A stretch of 64,000 bases of DNA, taken from IMG/VR virus record IMGVR_UViG_3300029993_000005, positions 124,001 to 188,000 of that record, one strand, 5' to 3'. Shown one piece after another: positions 27,591 through 36,589 of this stretch. Below the pieces are notes generated by a model. The model worked only from the letters and a program-made list of their open reading frames with translations. It made no database searches and was not told where the DNA came from. A program made the translations under genes and the position numbers. How positions within the stretch are numbered: the stretch's first letter is position 1; each line of letters starts with the position of its first letter.

Positions 27591-28832
27591 TTACGTACCT
27601 GTGTAAGTACCTTCATCCAGGGTCAATGCACTCGTATTGACCGAGAACACACCCGCGGACACAGACAGACCGGAACCAGCTTCGGCCAAGCCCAATGCCG
27701 ATGCAGTAGCCACCGGAAGATTTGCTGTAGGCACGGTTGCAACCCAGGTGGATACACCCGAGCCATTGGTAGACAAAATCAGGGAATCGCCAGATGAGGC
27801 ACCGACTTGAGCAGCAGATATGGTAGCAACCCAAGTAGGAGCACCTGCACCGCTGGTTGTGAGTACTAAATTATCACCAGCTGAGGCCCCCAATTGAGCA
27901 GCTGCAAACGTACCTGATGTAATAGACGCAGCGGTGAGCACAACAGCGCCAGTCTGACCATTAACTGAGGTAACAGCACCTTGTGTTGATATAGTGCTCC
28001 AAGCTGTACCGTTGGAGATTAAATAGTCACCACCGGCAAAGGTCAGCAACGTTCCTGAGGGTGGCGTGTACGTGCCCGCCGTACTAGCGATGTAGTACCA
28101 GCCCTTATTACCCGTAGCAGCCGCAGGAAGGGTAGTTGTACCCGGAATAAACGGTGCTTGATAGTCCACAGCACCAATCAGGGACGCCGGAATATTGGCC
28201 AAAGGCACTAAGCCACTCGAGTCCAGTGGCGCAACACCATTTGCCACGTTAATTTCTGACGTCGAAATACCACCCAAATAAGACAAAGCGGCAGCAGTCG
28301 TGGTCTCTGTGAATAACGTAGCACCAACGGTAGATGCACCAATTGCTGTTTGAGCCGCAGCTGTTGAGGCTGCGGTAAATACAGCAGCACCCACTGTCGT
28401 ACCGCCAAGACTAGTCACAGCCGCAGTTGCGCTGGCCGTGGTAAACAATGCTGCACCCAAAGTCGAGGCCCCGATAGCCGTCTGTGCAGCGCCGGTCGAA
28501 GCAGCGGTGAAAACTGCTGAACCTACGGTAGTACCGCCCAAGGCCGTGACTGCAGCAGCTGCGGTACTGGCCGTAAATACAGCGTTACCAACAGTAGAAG
28601 CTCCAAGATTGGTGGGGGTTAATGTCACGTTGCCTGAAACCGGACTTACGCTATTAACCGAAGTAACGGTCCCGCCACCCGCACCACCCAGCGAAACTAC
28701 AACGCCACTGGAATTTAGTGCATACAACTTTTCATCTGCCGTGTTAATTGCTAATTGACCGGCAACCAATTCATCAGCACCTGGAATTAATCCTGGTGTG
28801 GAACTACGTTTCATTTGGACAACTGCAGCCAT
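27591..28832 (-). CDS. Tail fibre segment with T4 gp37-like N-terminus and Ala/Thr-rich repeats
   Basis: VQMKRSSTPGLIPGADELVAGQLAINTADEKLY; GASTVG.AVFTA(S)TAAAA repeats; ends LDEGTY. Confidence 0.75.
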   Translation of the reverse strand: MAAVVQMKRSSTPGLIPGADELVAGQLAINTADEKLYALNSSGVVVSLGGAGGGTVTSVNSVSPVSGNVTLTPTNLGASTVGNAVFTASTAAAAVTALGGTTVGSAVFTAASTGAAQTAIGASTLGAALFTTASATAAVTSLGGTTVGAAVFTAASTAAAQTAIGASTVGATLFTETTTAAALSYLGGISTSEINVANGVAPLDSSGLVPLANIPASLIGAVDYQAPFIPGTTTLPAAATGNKGWYYIASTAGTYTPPSGTLLTFAGGDYLISNGTAWSTISTQGAVTSVNGQTGAVVLTAASITSGTFAAAQLGASAGDNLVLTTSGAGAPTWVATISAAQVGASSGDSLILSTNGSGVSTWVATVPTANLPVATASALGLAEAGSGLSVSAGVFSVNTSALTLDEGTYTGT

Positions 28833-28853
28833 GATAGACTACTCCTTAAAATA

Positions 28854-29402
28854 TTAACCAACGAATGCACCCGCATCAAGAAAGTCTTGCAACGGTTCCC
28901 ACGTACCGTCAACCCTGACAAAAGGTTCGTCAGGTACTACCGGAGCTTCCGGTACCGCTGCCGACGCCGGAGTCATAGTAGAAGTTTGTACTACTAAATA
29001 CACATCATTCGCAGAAGCTGGAGATTCTAAGGTAAGTCCTGTTTCACCTACGGTGTAATTAACAACTTGTACGCCGTATCTGTAGACCAGAATATTCGCG
29101 GTTCCTGATGGACCTACCTGAAGCAAAGTTGAACCTTGATTGGGAAAACAAATAAAGGTGGAACTGACAGTGAATAATTGATCACAGAACACAGCGAATG
29201 GTGCCATGTACCTCCATTGTCCACCTTGAGAGTTAATAACCCATTGATAAATACCTGCAATAGCACTACCGTTGTTCTGTGTCAGAATCACACTTAAACT
29301 TTCAGATGGTTCTAAGGGTAGACTATCAACCGTCGGTGATTGACTAGGCACCAAGGTACCATTTGACTGGACAACTGTGTAGGGGAAAAATATTAAACTC
29401 AT
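28854..29402 (-). CDS. Tail fibre connector-like protein
   Basis: VPEAP..DEPFVRVDGTW motif; ends LDAGAF. Confidence 0.5.
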   Translation of the reverse strand: MSLIFFPYTVVQSNGTLVPSQSPTVDSLPLEPSESLSVILTQNNGSAIAGIYQWVINSQGGQWRYMAPFAVFCDQLFTVSSTFICFPNQGSTLLQVGPSGTANILVYRYGVQVVNYTVGETGLTLESPASANDVYLVVQTSTMTPASAAVPEAPVVPDEPFVRVDGTWEPLQDFLDAGAFVG

Positions 29403-29445
29403 GGTCTACCTCGGTGACTAGTCGTTGATTTTATACAGTGGTTAG

Positions 29446-30093
29446 TTATTCCCCACCTTCTTTATTTTCTGTTGGTGCTTCTAATTGATACGTATTCGGA
29501 CTCAAGAGTTCCAATCCATCCATTGCTGTTGCGGCAGTGAGCTTAAGTCTTGCCTGATAGACATTTTTAATATGCGGAACAATCCGTGTATGGAACTCCG
29601 GATGACAGCGCATGGTGTTCAGGTGATCGGCCGGAATCGATCCTTGGCTAATCATGTAGTTCTCGACTCTGGCTTGAAGTTCAAGTAACCATTCCTCTTG
29701 CTGACAAGCTTCAGTAGCTTCAAGCAAGGGAAGGTGAGCGTATTTGCGATGAGGCTCAAGCTTATCCATGTTTTCTTGGATATCTACGAGTTCCATCTTA
29801 GCTGCTTGCAAATTCATTTCCCATGTAGGGACATCAGCCAAGGCTTCAGCAATATCGGCTCTAGCATAAAGTTTCTCGCTAGGCTTTGCCTTTGGATCAT
29901 CCAATACCTCTTCAGCAGCCATGATCTTGGCATCACGTTTGAGTTTCTGTGCTTCAGCATGCCTAAGCTTGCCCTCGATATCTATCTTCTGCCCGTACAT
30001 CAAGGACCATGCACCATCTGCGGTTTTGCAATCACCGGCCATGAAATACGTTAATTGGAATTTGGAGTTCTGACGATGTGGTTTTGAGTTCAA
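29446..30093 (-). CDS. Hypothetical coiled-coil protein
   Basis: 215-aa helical ORF. Confidence 0.55.
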   Translation of the reverse strand: MNSKPHRQNSKFQLTYFMAGDCKTADGAWSLMYGQKIDIEGKLRHAEAQKLKRDAKIMAAEEVLDDPKAKPSEKLYARADIAEALADVPTWEMNLQAAKMELVDIQENMDKLEPHRKYAHLPLLEATEACQQEEWLLELQARVENYMISQGSIPADHLNTMRCHPEFHTRIVPHIKNVYQARLKLTAATAMDGLELLSPNTYQLEAPTENKEGGE

Positions 30094-30151
30094 TTTGGTA
30101 CCTATATTTGTAGGAAGGGGTTTTGACTTTATTGTTTTGGACTACTAATTT

Positions 30152-30508
30152 CTATTCTTCCCATTCAGGAATTTCTACGGTTTGTCCTGCTAACTTATGC
30201 GTGCAGTCATTCAAGAATTGAATCATCCCATCCTTAATAAACGAGTGACACACCATAGCCTTCTTTTCCTGCACTATCTCGCCGCTCTTAATCTTTGACC
30301 TAATCTCTGGATTAGACGCGGACGGAAACCACTGGTCCCATTTAACTAATACACTAGGGCTAACAGTTGGAAAGAATACATTGCCATTAAACGTCCAGAC
30401 AGGGTGGCCGGTTCCCGCCACATGCACCATGTGCATGGACTCACAACCAGGACACTCAAACAACATAGATTTTGTTCCGTTTGGTTTGTCTTTGGTATAA
30501 AATTTCAT
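30152..30508 (-). CDS. DUF6527-like Zn-binding protein
   Basis: FECPGC...WTFNGN...PTVSPSVLV...CHSFIKDGMIQFLNDCTHKLAGQTV. Confidence 0.75.
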   Translation of the reverse strand: MKFYTKDKPNGTKSMLFECPGCESMHMVHVAGTGHPVWTFNGNVFFPTVSPSVLVKWDQWFPSASNPEIRSKIKSGEIVQEKKAMVCHSFIKDGMIQFLNDCTHKLAGQTVEIPEWEE

Positions 30509-30535
30509 GGCTTAACCTGTCTGGGATTTTAGTTA

Positions 30536-31144
30536 CTAGGGAGCAACCCAAACGATTGCTTGAATTTCATCAATCGCACTATCGGTTGACGTTGTGATAG
30601 CCAAGATCGAAGCAGCTAGTGTCAAATTCTGATTGATAATTGCTTGTTTATTAGTTTCGCTATCAGTCAATACTTGCTGAATTTGTGCAGCTGTATGGGC
30701 AACCATAGCACCGACACCACTTGAATTGGTACAATAGAGTTGCGTCGTCCAACCCCCAACTTGTCCTGCTGCGGTAAACGAAAGTGCAGAAGCACCTAGG
30801 ATATTTAGTTGATCCTGTACTTGAGACGGATAGGTATAAGCCGAACCCAAGGCACTAGAGGTAAAACCAGCAACCAATGCCGCTTGATACCCGGTAGCCA
30901 CGATTGCAATCTGTTGAGACTGAATACCGGATAGACCATATAGAAGAACTTCAACCTCTTCAAGCGTCAGAGTACCAGCAGTGTCCACCCAATATTGAGT
31001 GCGATCCGCTGCATTCGTGGAATACGGATTCCATGTTGGTGTGGTAGCGTACAGCGATACAAACGTCGAGGGTAATGTCGGTTCCGAATAACCTTCGCCT
31101 TCAGGGGTCAACGGATACACCAACGGTGAGTACATGGTTGTCAT
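30536..31144 (-). CDS. DUF4376-like tail fibre assembly/tip protein
   Basis: GFTSSALGSAYTYPSQVQDQLN...AHTAAQIQQV...AIVW. Confidence 0.75.
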   Translation of the reverse strand: MTTMYSPLVYPLTPEGEGYSEPTLPSTFVSLYATTPTWNPYSTNAADRTQYWVDTAGTLTLEEVEVLLYGLSGIQSQQIAIVATGYQAALVAGFTSSALGSAYTYPSQVQDQLNILGASALSFTAAGQVGGWTTQLYCTNSSGVGAMVAHTAAQIQQVLTDSETNKQAIINQNLTLAASILAITTSTDSAIDEIQAIVWVAP

Positions 31145-31169
31145 CTTATTTCCTTAGTTACGATTACGG

Positions 31170-31493
31170 TCAGTAAGGTACAACAAACCCAGCCGGAACC
31201 GGGATCGTTGCATTAGATAGGCAATGGCCCTTGCCCATTAGGTGATCGATCATTGGGCCGATAATCTGTGCCCAACGTTTGCCTTGAATCAAAGCGTTAC
31301 CGGTCCTAGCACTTATGGTCTGAATAGGAGGACCACCGAACAAGGAGTTGCCTTCTTCACCCTCAGCGATTTCCATATTCTTGGCCCTGTTCTTCGACCC
31401 AAACAGTGCTTGAGCTACCAAGAACAGGGCCAGAAATGGCATGAAGACGATGCATATTACGGCTAGGCCAAACAGCTGAAGTCTAGTCATCAT
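31170..31493 (-). CDS. Small membrane protein
   Basis: N-terminal hydrophobic helix; TISARTG...W...ID...GHC motif. Confidence 0.55.
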   Translation of the reverse strand: MMTRLQLFGLAVICIVFMPFLALFLVAQALFGSKNRAKNMEIAEGEEGNSLFGGPPIQTISARTGNALIQGKRWAQIIGPMIDHLMGKGHCLSNATIPVPAGFVVPY

Positions 31494-31499
31494 CGTTCC

Positions 31500-32117
31500 T
31501 TACGCGACAGAAGGTGCAGCCCACACAATGGCTTGAACTGCGTCCACTGGATTAGGCGTAGCGTTGGTAACGGCCATGATCTGACCTGCTAACACAATGT
31601 TCTGCTGGATATTAGCCAATTTCGAAGCTACGAAGTCAGAGCCTACCTGTTGGATTTGTGCAGCCGTGTGGGCACGCATTTCCCAGTTACCGGTGGAGTC
31701 TGCGCACCAGAACGTAGTAGTCCATCCTGCCGCCTGACTAGCAGCCAACTGCGACAGGGTGATTTCCCCGTTAAGATTCAGTTGATCTTGTAGCTGAGAC
31801 GGGTATGTGTAGGCCTCACCTAATGCACTGGATGTAAAGCCTGCGAAGATCGCGGCCTGACATCCGGCACTAACCAATGCTACCTGTGCGGTCTGAATAC
31901 CCGTTAGGCCGATCAGCAGAATCTCTACTTCTTCGACGGTGAGAGTGCCCGCTGTATCCGCCCAGTATTCCGTGCGGTCGGCCACATTAGCCGAATAGGG
32001 ATTCCATGTTGGGCTGATACCGTATTGGCTAACGAATGTCGACGGCAGCTCAGGTCTGGAATAACCTTGTCCTTCTGGGGTCAGTGGGTAGACTAAAGCT
32101 GAATACATGGTTGTCAT
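31500..32117 (-). CDS. DUF4376-like tail fibre assembly/tip protein (paralogue of 30536..31144)
   Basis: Near-identical N-terminus MTTMYS.LVYPLTPEG.GYS. Confidence 0.75.
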   Translation of the reverse strand: MTTMYSALVYPLTPEGQGYSRPELPSTFVSQYGISPTWNPYSANVADRTEYWADTAGTLTVEEVEILLIGLTGIQTAQVALVSAGCQAAIFAGFTSSALGEAYTYPSQLQDQLNLNGEITLSQLAASQAAGWTTTFWCADSTGNWEMRAHTAAQIQQVGSDFVASKLANIQQNIVLAGQIMAVTNATPNPVDAVQAIVWAAPSVA

Positions 32118-32130
32118 TTCATTTCCTTAA

Positions 32131-34212
32131 TTACATGTTGACGCCGAGATTGCCATTGTTGACCGAAGCGCCTGCGAAGAGGGTGGCCGTTAGAACCGTA
32201 CCTGCGACCACCGTATCACCACTGTAGGTTATGACGTTGGTTGTCGTCGACGTGTTACCTATTGCAAAGATACCAGTCATAGAATTGCCAGCGGCATTAC
32301 CGAAAGACGTTGTGGTCGTTAGGCCCGTACCAGCGACAACTGTTGCACCAGAATACGTAAAGGTGTTTGTCGTCGAAGTGCTGTTACCTAAAGCGAAGAT
32401 ACCTATGTTGCCGTTACCTGCGGCCATACCGCGATAAGCACTGGTACTCAGAGACGTGCTGGAGGCAACAGTGTTTCCGCTGTATGTGTAAGCATCTGTG
32501 GCGGCCGACGTGTTCGAAATCGCAAAGATACCGGTTGTCGAATTACCTGCTGCCGTACCTGCAATCATGTTGCCCGTCAACCCCGTACCTGCCGCAGTGG
32601 TATCACCGCTATAGGTTAGGATGTTGGTTGTGGTCGAAGAGTTACCCATTGCAAATATACCGACCGTGGTATTACCAGCAGCCCCACCACCACCCAACAC
32701 AGCGGTTAATGCGGTCGATGCCACCACACCAGCCGTCGCAAACGTAAACGCGTTCATCGTTGTGCTACCAGACGATCCGCCTAATGCCAGATAACCTATT
32801 GAGCTTGTACCCGCACCCGCACCACTGCTAACGTTGGCCGTCATTGCTGTCGAGGCTGCAACCAAGTTACCGCTATACGTGTATTTGTTTGATGTCGTAG
32901 TGGTGTTACCAGTGGCAAATATTGAGTACGTACCATCTGGGTTTTTGAACTGCGTGAGCGATGCGAGTAACGTGTAGGTCGCGCTTGCTGTTTTAAGAAT
33001 CGTGAATGTGTACTGGTCTACACCATTCTGATTACCCGTGCTCGGGGTTATACCACCCAACCACCGGGGAGTTATTGCTGTACCGTCTATCTCGAACGCA
33101 TTAGCAACATATGCGGTAGTACCCTGGGTAGCCATCAGCACGGCCGTCATCGAATCACCAACAGACATCGCAGTGTTCAGCGAGGTCGACGACGAGAACG
33201 CAAAGTTTATAGTCCAGTTGTTTGCTGCGTTGGTGGTGTAATACTGAACCTTACCACTTGCCAGATATAGATTCTGCGTTGAGCTAGGAGCTGCACCTAC
33301 CACATCTGCAAGGTCCGTGGTGTTAGTAAGCTTGATTGCCTGAGCTGTTGCTGAACCATTGAATATCTGTGTAGTTGAATAAGGACTACCTGAACCACCG
33401 CTTGGTGCCGTCGACTGCCAAGTTGTACCGTTGGATGTTAATACGTTTCCAGAAGTACCTGGAGCTACAGTTTGTAGTGCTGACGTTCCATTACCTAACA
33501 ATACATCATTGGCTGCTAGCGTTGCAGCCCCCGTACCGCCCGATGCTACACCTAAAGCGGTTCCAATATTCAGCGCACCTCCGATACCCACACCGCCCGT
33601 AACAACTAAGGCCCCAGTGGAACTAGACGTTGAGGCTGTCGAAGCCGTGACAGTCGTTGCCCCATTGGACGTCAGGGTCGTGAAGGCCCCCGTACTCGGT
33701 GTAGTCGAGCCAACGGGAGTCCCATTCAAGGCTGCAATAGTTAATGAATTAGCATTAATTGCACCGCTTACACCTAGGCCTCCAGTAATAACCAAGGTGC
33801 CTGTCGTTGTGGACGACGAAGCAGTGCCAGCGGTCATTGTTACTGCCCCCGATGCAGCCAAAGTGGTGAATGAAGCAGTGGATGCGGTAGAACTACCGAT
33901 TGGAGTATTTTGCAAAGAACCTGCGTACACAGCACCACTAATACCTAGGCCCCCAGTAATAACTAGAGTTCCTGTCGTAGTGCTAGTGCTTGCTGTTCCT
34001 GCTGTTAAAGTCGAGGCACCTGAGGCCGTCAACGTAGTAAATGATGCAGCACTTCCATTACCCGTAATTTGGATGATAGCCGATCCAGTACCCACATAAA
34101 GCAAACCTGAAGACAAATTAACAGCTAGTTGCCCGGCTACCAATTCATCTGATCCAGGTACTAGTCCCGGACTTGAACTTCTTTTTAACTGGACAACTGC
34201 AGTCATGATCAC
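32131..34212 (-). CDS. Tail fibre: gp37-like N-terminus + S/T-rich shaft + W.GG.P domain + ~41-aa repeat propeller-like tip
   Basis: VQLKRSSSPGLVPGSDELVAGQLAVN; PRWLGGITPSTGNQNGVDQYTF; AAGNSTTGIFA...TYSG.TV..GT.L repeats. Confidence 0.75.
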   Translation of the reverse strand: MIMTAVVQLKRSSSPGLVPGSDELVAGQLAVNLSSGLLYVGTGSAIIQITGNGSAASFTTLTASGASTLTAGTASTSTTTGTLVITGGLGISGAVYAGSLQNTPIGSSTASTASFTTLAASGAVTMTAGTASSSTTTGTLVITGGLGVSGAINANSLTIAALNGTPVGSTTPSTGAFTTLTSNGATTVTASTASTSSSTGALVVTGGVGIGGALNIGTALGVASGGTGAATLAANDVLLGNGTSALQTVAPGTSGNVLTSNGTTWQSTAPSGGSGSPYSTTQIFNGSATAQAIKLTNTTDLADVVGAAPSSTQNLYLASGKVQYYTTNAANNWTINFAFSSSTSLNTAMSVGDSMTAVLMATQGTTAYVANAFEIDGTAITPRWLGGITPSTGNQNGVDQYTFTILKTASATYTLLASLTQFKNPDGTYSIFATGNTTTTSNKYTYSGNLVAASTAMTANVSSGAGAGTSSIGYLALGGSSGSTTMNAFTFATAGVVASTALTAVLGGGGAAGNTTVGIFAMGNSSTTTNILTYSGDTTAAGTGLTGNMIAGTAAGNSTTGIFAISNTSAATDAYTYSGNTVASSTSLSTSAYRGMAAGNGNIGIFALGNSTSTTNTFTYSGATVVAGTGLTTTTSFGNAAGNSMTGIFAIGNTSTTTNVITYSGDTVVAGTVLTATLFAGASVNNGNLGVNM

Positions 34213-34257
34213 CCCTTAGTATTTTGCTTGTTCCTCACCCTGTCATAAAATTGCACC

Positions 34258-35061
34258 TTACTTATATAGGCCTTTCAGGATTTCTTTTGCTTTTTCATAC
34301 TTAGATTTATCCTTGGCCGATGCATTGCCGCCCTGGCGATTAACGTAGAAATTTAACCTTTCCATGGCTTTAGCTTCACTATCGGATGCACGTTTCAAGG
34401 TCTTTGCTATGTGATCAGCGCTCTTTGTGAACGTACCTTCTGGAACAACTCCGTGTTCAGGTTTCACGTCTTTAATCCATTTATCCGCCTCAACTTCTAC
34501 ACTACCTATAGACGTGCTGTTACCTGGGTTTTGCAATGAGTTATAAATAGAGGCCTCAAGTTTTTCGACCTCAACTAAGCGTAGAGCTGCTTTGATACTT
34601 AATTTATCATTCGGCATTTGCAAATCCTTTAATTGATCTTCTAGGATTCCTAAGCCACCACCTACAGGATCATCTAGGTTATGACCTGGTGGCAGTGCGT
34701 ATAAAGGGTATCCAGCGCTAGCAGTTTCTGCAGGTTGCCCATAGGCTTGTCGTAATGCGTTCTTTGCATCGTAGAGACGGGCTTTATCCCCACCTTGAAG
34801 ATTACGCCCCTGGCTGTTTATATACCCAGAAAGTTTTGACATCGCCTGCTTGTAGTCCGTCGAATGCTGCTTCAATACATGAGCAATTTCAGAAGCACTT
34901 TTTGTGTACGTACCCTCAGGCAACACCTGATCTGGTTTTCGGGCCTTACCTTTGTAGCCCTGCTTCATTTCCCGCTGCCACTGGTAGTTCTTATTATTGT
35001 TTGGCGGATCAGTTACCTGAGTTTCAGCCAAGAGACGATGCACAGCTTTGCTGAGGTTCAT
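34258..35061 (-). CDS. Protein with two DUF3175-like domains
   Basis: Two copies of V.PEGT(Y/F)TKSA..IA..LK......AM..L..Y.N.QG.N....DK.....AK..L. Confidence 0.55.
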   Translation of the reverse strand: MNLSKAVHRLLAETQVTDPPNNNKNYQWQREMKQGYKGKARKPDQVLPEGTYTKSASEIAHVLKQHSTDYKQAMSKLSGYINSQGRNLQGGDKARLYDAKNALRQAYGQPAETASAGYPLYALPPGHNLDDPVGGGLGILEDQLKDLQMPNDKLSIKAALRLVEVEKLEASIYNSLQNPGNSTSIGSVEVEADKWIKDVKPEHGVVPEGTFTKSADHIAKTLKRASDSEAKAMERLNFYVNRQGGNASAKDKSKYEKAKEILKGLYK

Positions 35062-35075
35062 TTAGCAGTCCTATA

Positions 35076-35675
35076 TTAGATAGAAGTTTTAGAGAGCCAC
35101 CCAGTCGTCACATCGTAGGCTTCCCACTGTTCAACTGTAGTGAGCTTAACTATTGCTTCGTGATGAACTTTCTCATTAGAGAAATTCTGTTGAATAACAG
35201 ATGTCACGGCCGTACACAACTTGTTAGCTTGTTGAGGATTAATAGTTAGCCATACATTGTTTGGGGCCTTGAAGTCAATTGAGGATCCGGACCCATAATT
35301 AGCTAAGTCTCTAAGATAAAGCCACGTAGTGTTATCGACTACTAGTGAGGCCCCGTTCATAGCGATTTCAATATCCTGACAAGCTAGCCAACGTTTATTT
35401 GCTACCTTGGTCAGAAGAATTTTCTGCCCTTCTGTTACTGTTACTGGCGTCTGAATCCAAGTCTTGACATAGGAAATTCCTTGTTCCTCAGGTACGCCTT
35501 CTACAGTAGTTATAAACATTGAGGCTTGCGGCTTTGGTGTAGCTATTAACTCTGCAACGTCAAAACCTTGAAGGTGATGTGCTTTTAATTCTGCCGGAAA
35601 TGATACTAATGGGTGTCTTAATCGAAGTTCCGTTTCAGACATTACTGTTTTTGTTTTACGATCAATCAACAACAT
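35076..35675 (-). CDS. DUF4376-like tail fibre assembly protein
   Basis: ELRLRHPLVSFP...; DFKAPNNVWLTI...V...F..E...I...D.T.GW. Confidence 0.65.
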   Translation of the reverse strand: MLLIDRKTKTVMSETELRLRHPLVSFPAELKAHHLQGFDVAELIATPKPQASMFITTVEGVPEEQGISYVKTWIQTPVTVTEGQKILLTKVANKRWLACQDIEIAMNGASLVVDNTTWLYLRDLANYGSGSSIDFKAPNNVWLTINPQQANKLCTAVTSVIQQNFSNEKVHHEAIVKLTTVEQWEAYDVTTGWLSKTSI

Positions 35676-35712
35676 TGTTCCCCCTAGCTACCGATGTTTT
35701 GAGTGCAGGCCA

Positions 35713-36588
35713 TTAGGTACCATTTACATTATAGACTCCGTTAGAACAGGCTTCCGTCAGGTTTAAAGCTGCGGTTAAAGAGGTACCTGTAGCCACAGCA
35801 CTAGTTGAATAGTTGTAAGTGTTCGTGCCTGCTGTGGAGGCACCTCTAGCTATAACACCCAAACTTGAATTACCTGCCGCTGCTCCCGCTTGGACATCCG
35901 CCGTTGCAGTACCCGCAGTTACTGCATCAGACGAATAAGTGTAAACACGAGACACACCATTGTTACTTGCAAAAAACACACCAAACGTAGAGTTTCCACA
36001 TGCACATCCATTACCTGATGAAACCACGCCCAAGCCCGTACCCGAGGCAACGGTTGCTGCCCCATACTGGTACTTAGAAGTAGTAGCATTACCTGCTCCA
36101 GCACCCGCAGAGAATACGCCCTGTGTTGAGTTACCCGCAGCACCCCCTGTGTTATTGAATGATGATAGATTCAAAGATGTAGCAGCTGCGGTAACTGCAC
36201 TACTATAAGTGTAGGAATTGGTGATGTCCGTGCCACCACCCCTAGCAAAAATCCCAATAGTAGAATTACCTGCAGCCAAGCCTTCACTTACATTATTAAT
36301 AAATGAAGTGCCAGCAGCTATTGAACTACTACTCCAGGTATAAGTGTTGGATATCTTCCCACCACCAATGGAAAATATGCCAACGTTATAGGTGCCAGCC
36401 GCAGACATCCCAGAGTTGCCCACAGTTGCAGTTAATGAAGCACCCGTGGCAACCCCGTTAGTGCTAAAAGTATAGACGTCGGTCACACCGCCTACAGTCA
36501 ATGCAAATACCCCATAGGTACCATCAGGAGGACCCGGCGGTACATACGGAGTTTTCTTGCTAGCTAACAAAAAGGTAAAGTTTGCCAT
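35713..36588 (-). CDS. Stand-alone ~41-aa repeat propeller-like adhesin/tip protein
   Basis: Repeats AAGNSTxGIFA.G...T..YTYSS..V.AGT.L. Confidence 0.65.
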   Translation of the reverse strand: MANFTFLLASKKTPYVPPGPPDGTYGVFALTVGGVTDVYTFSTNGVATGASLTATVGNSGMSAAGTYNVGIFSIGGGKISNTYTWSSSSIAAGTSFINNVSEGLAAGNSTIGIFARGGGTDITNSYTYSSAVTAAATSLNLSSFNNTGGAAGNSTQGVFSAGAGAGNATTSKYQYGAATVASGTGLGVVSSGNGCACGNSTFGVFFASNNGVSRVYTYSSDAVTAGTATADVQAGAAAGNSSLGVIARGASTAGTNTYNYSTSAVATGTSLTAALNLTEACSNGVYNVNGT

Positions 36589-36589
36589 T

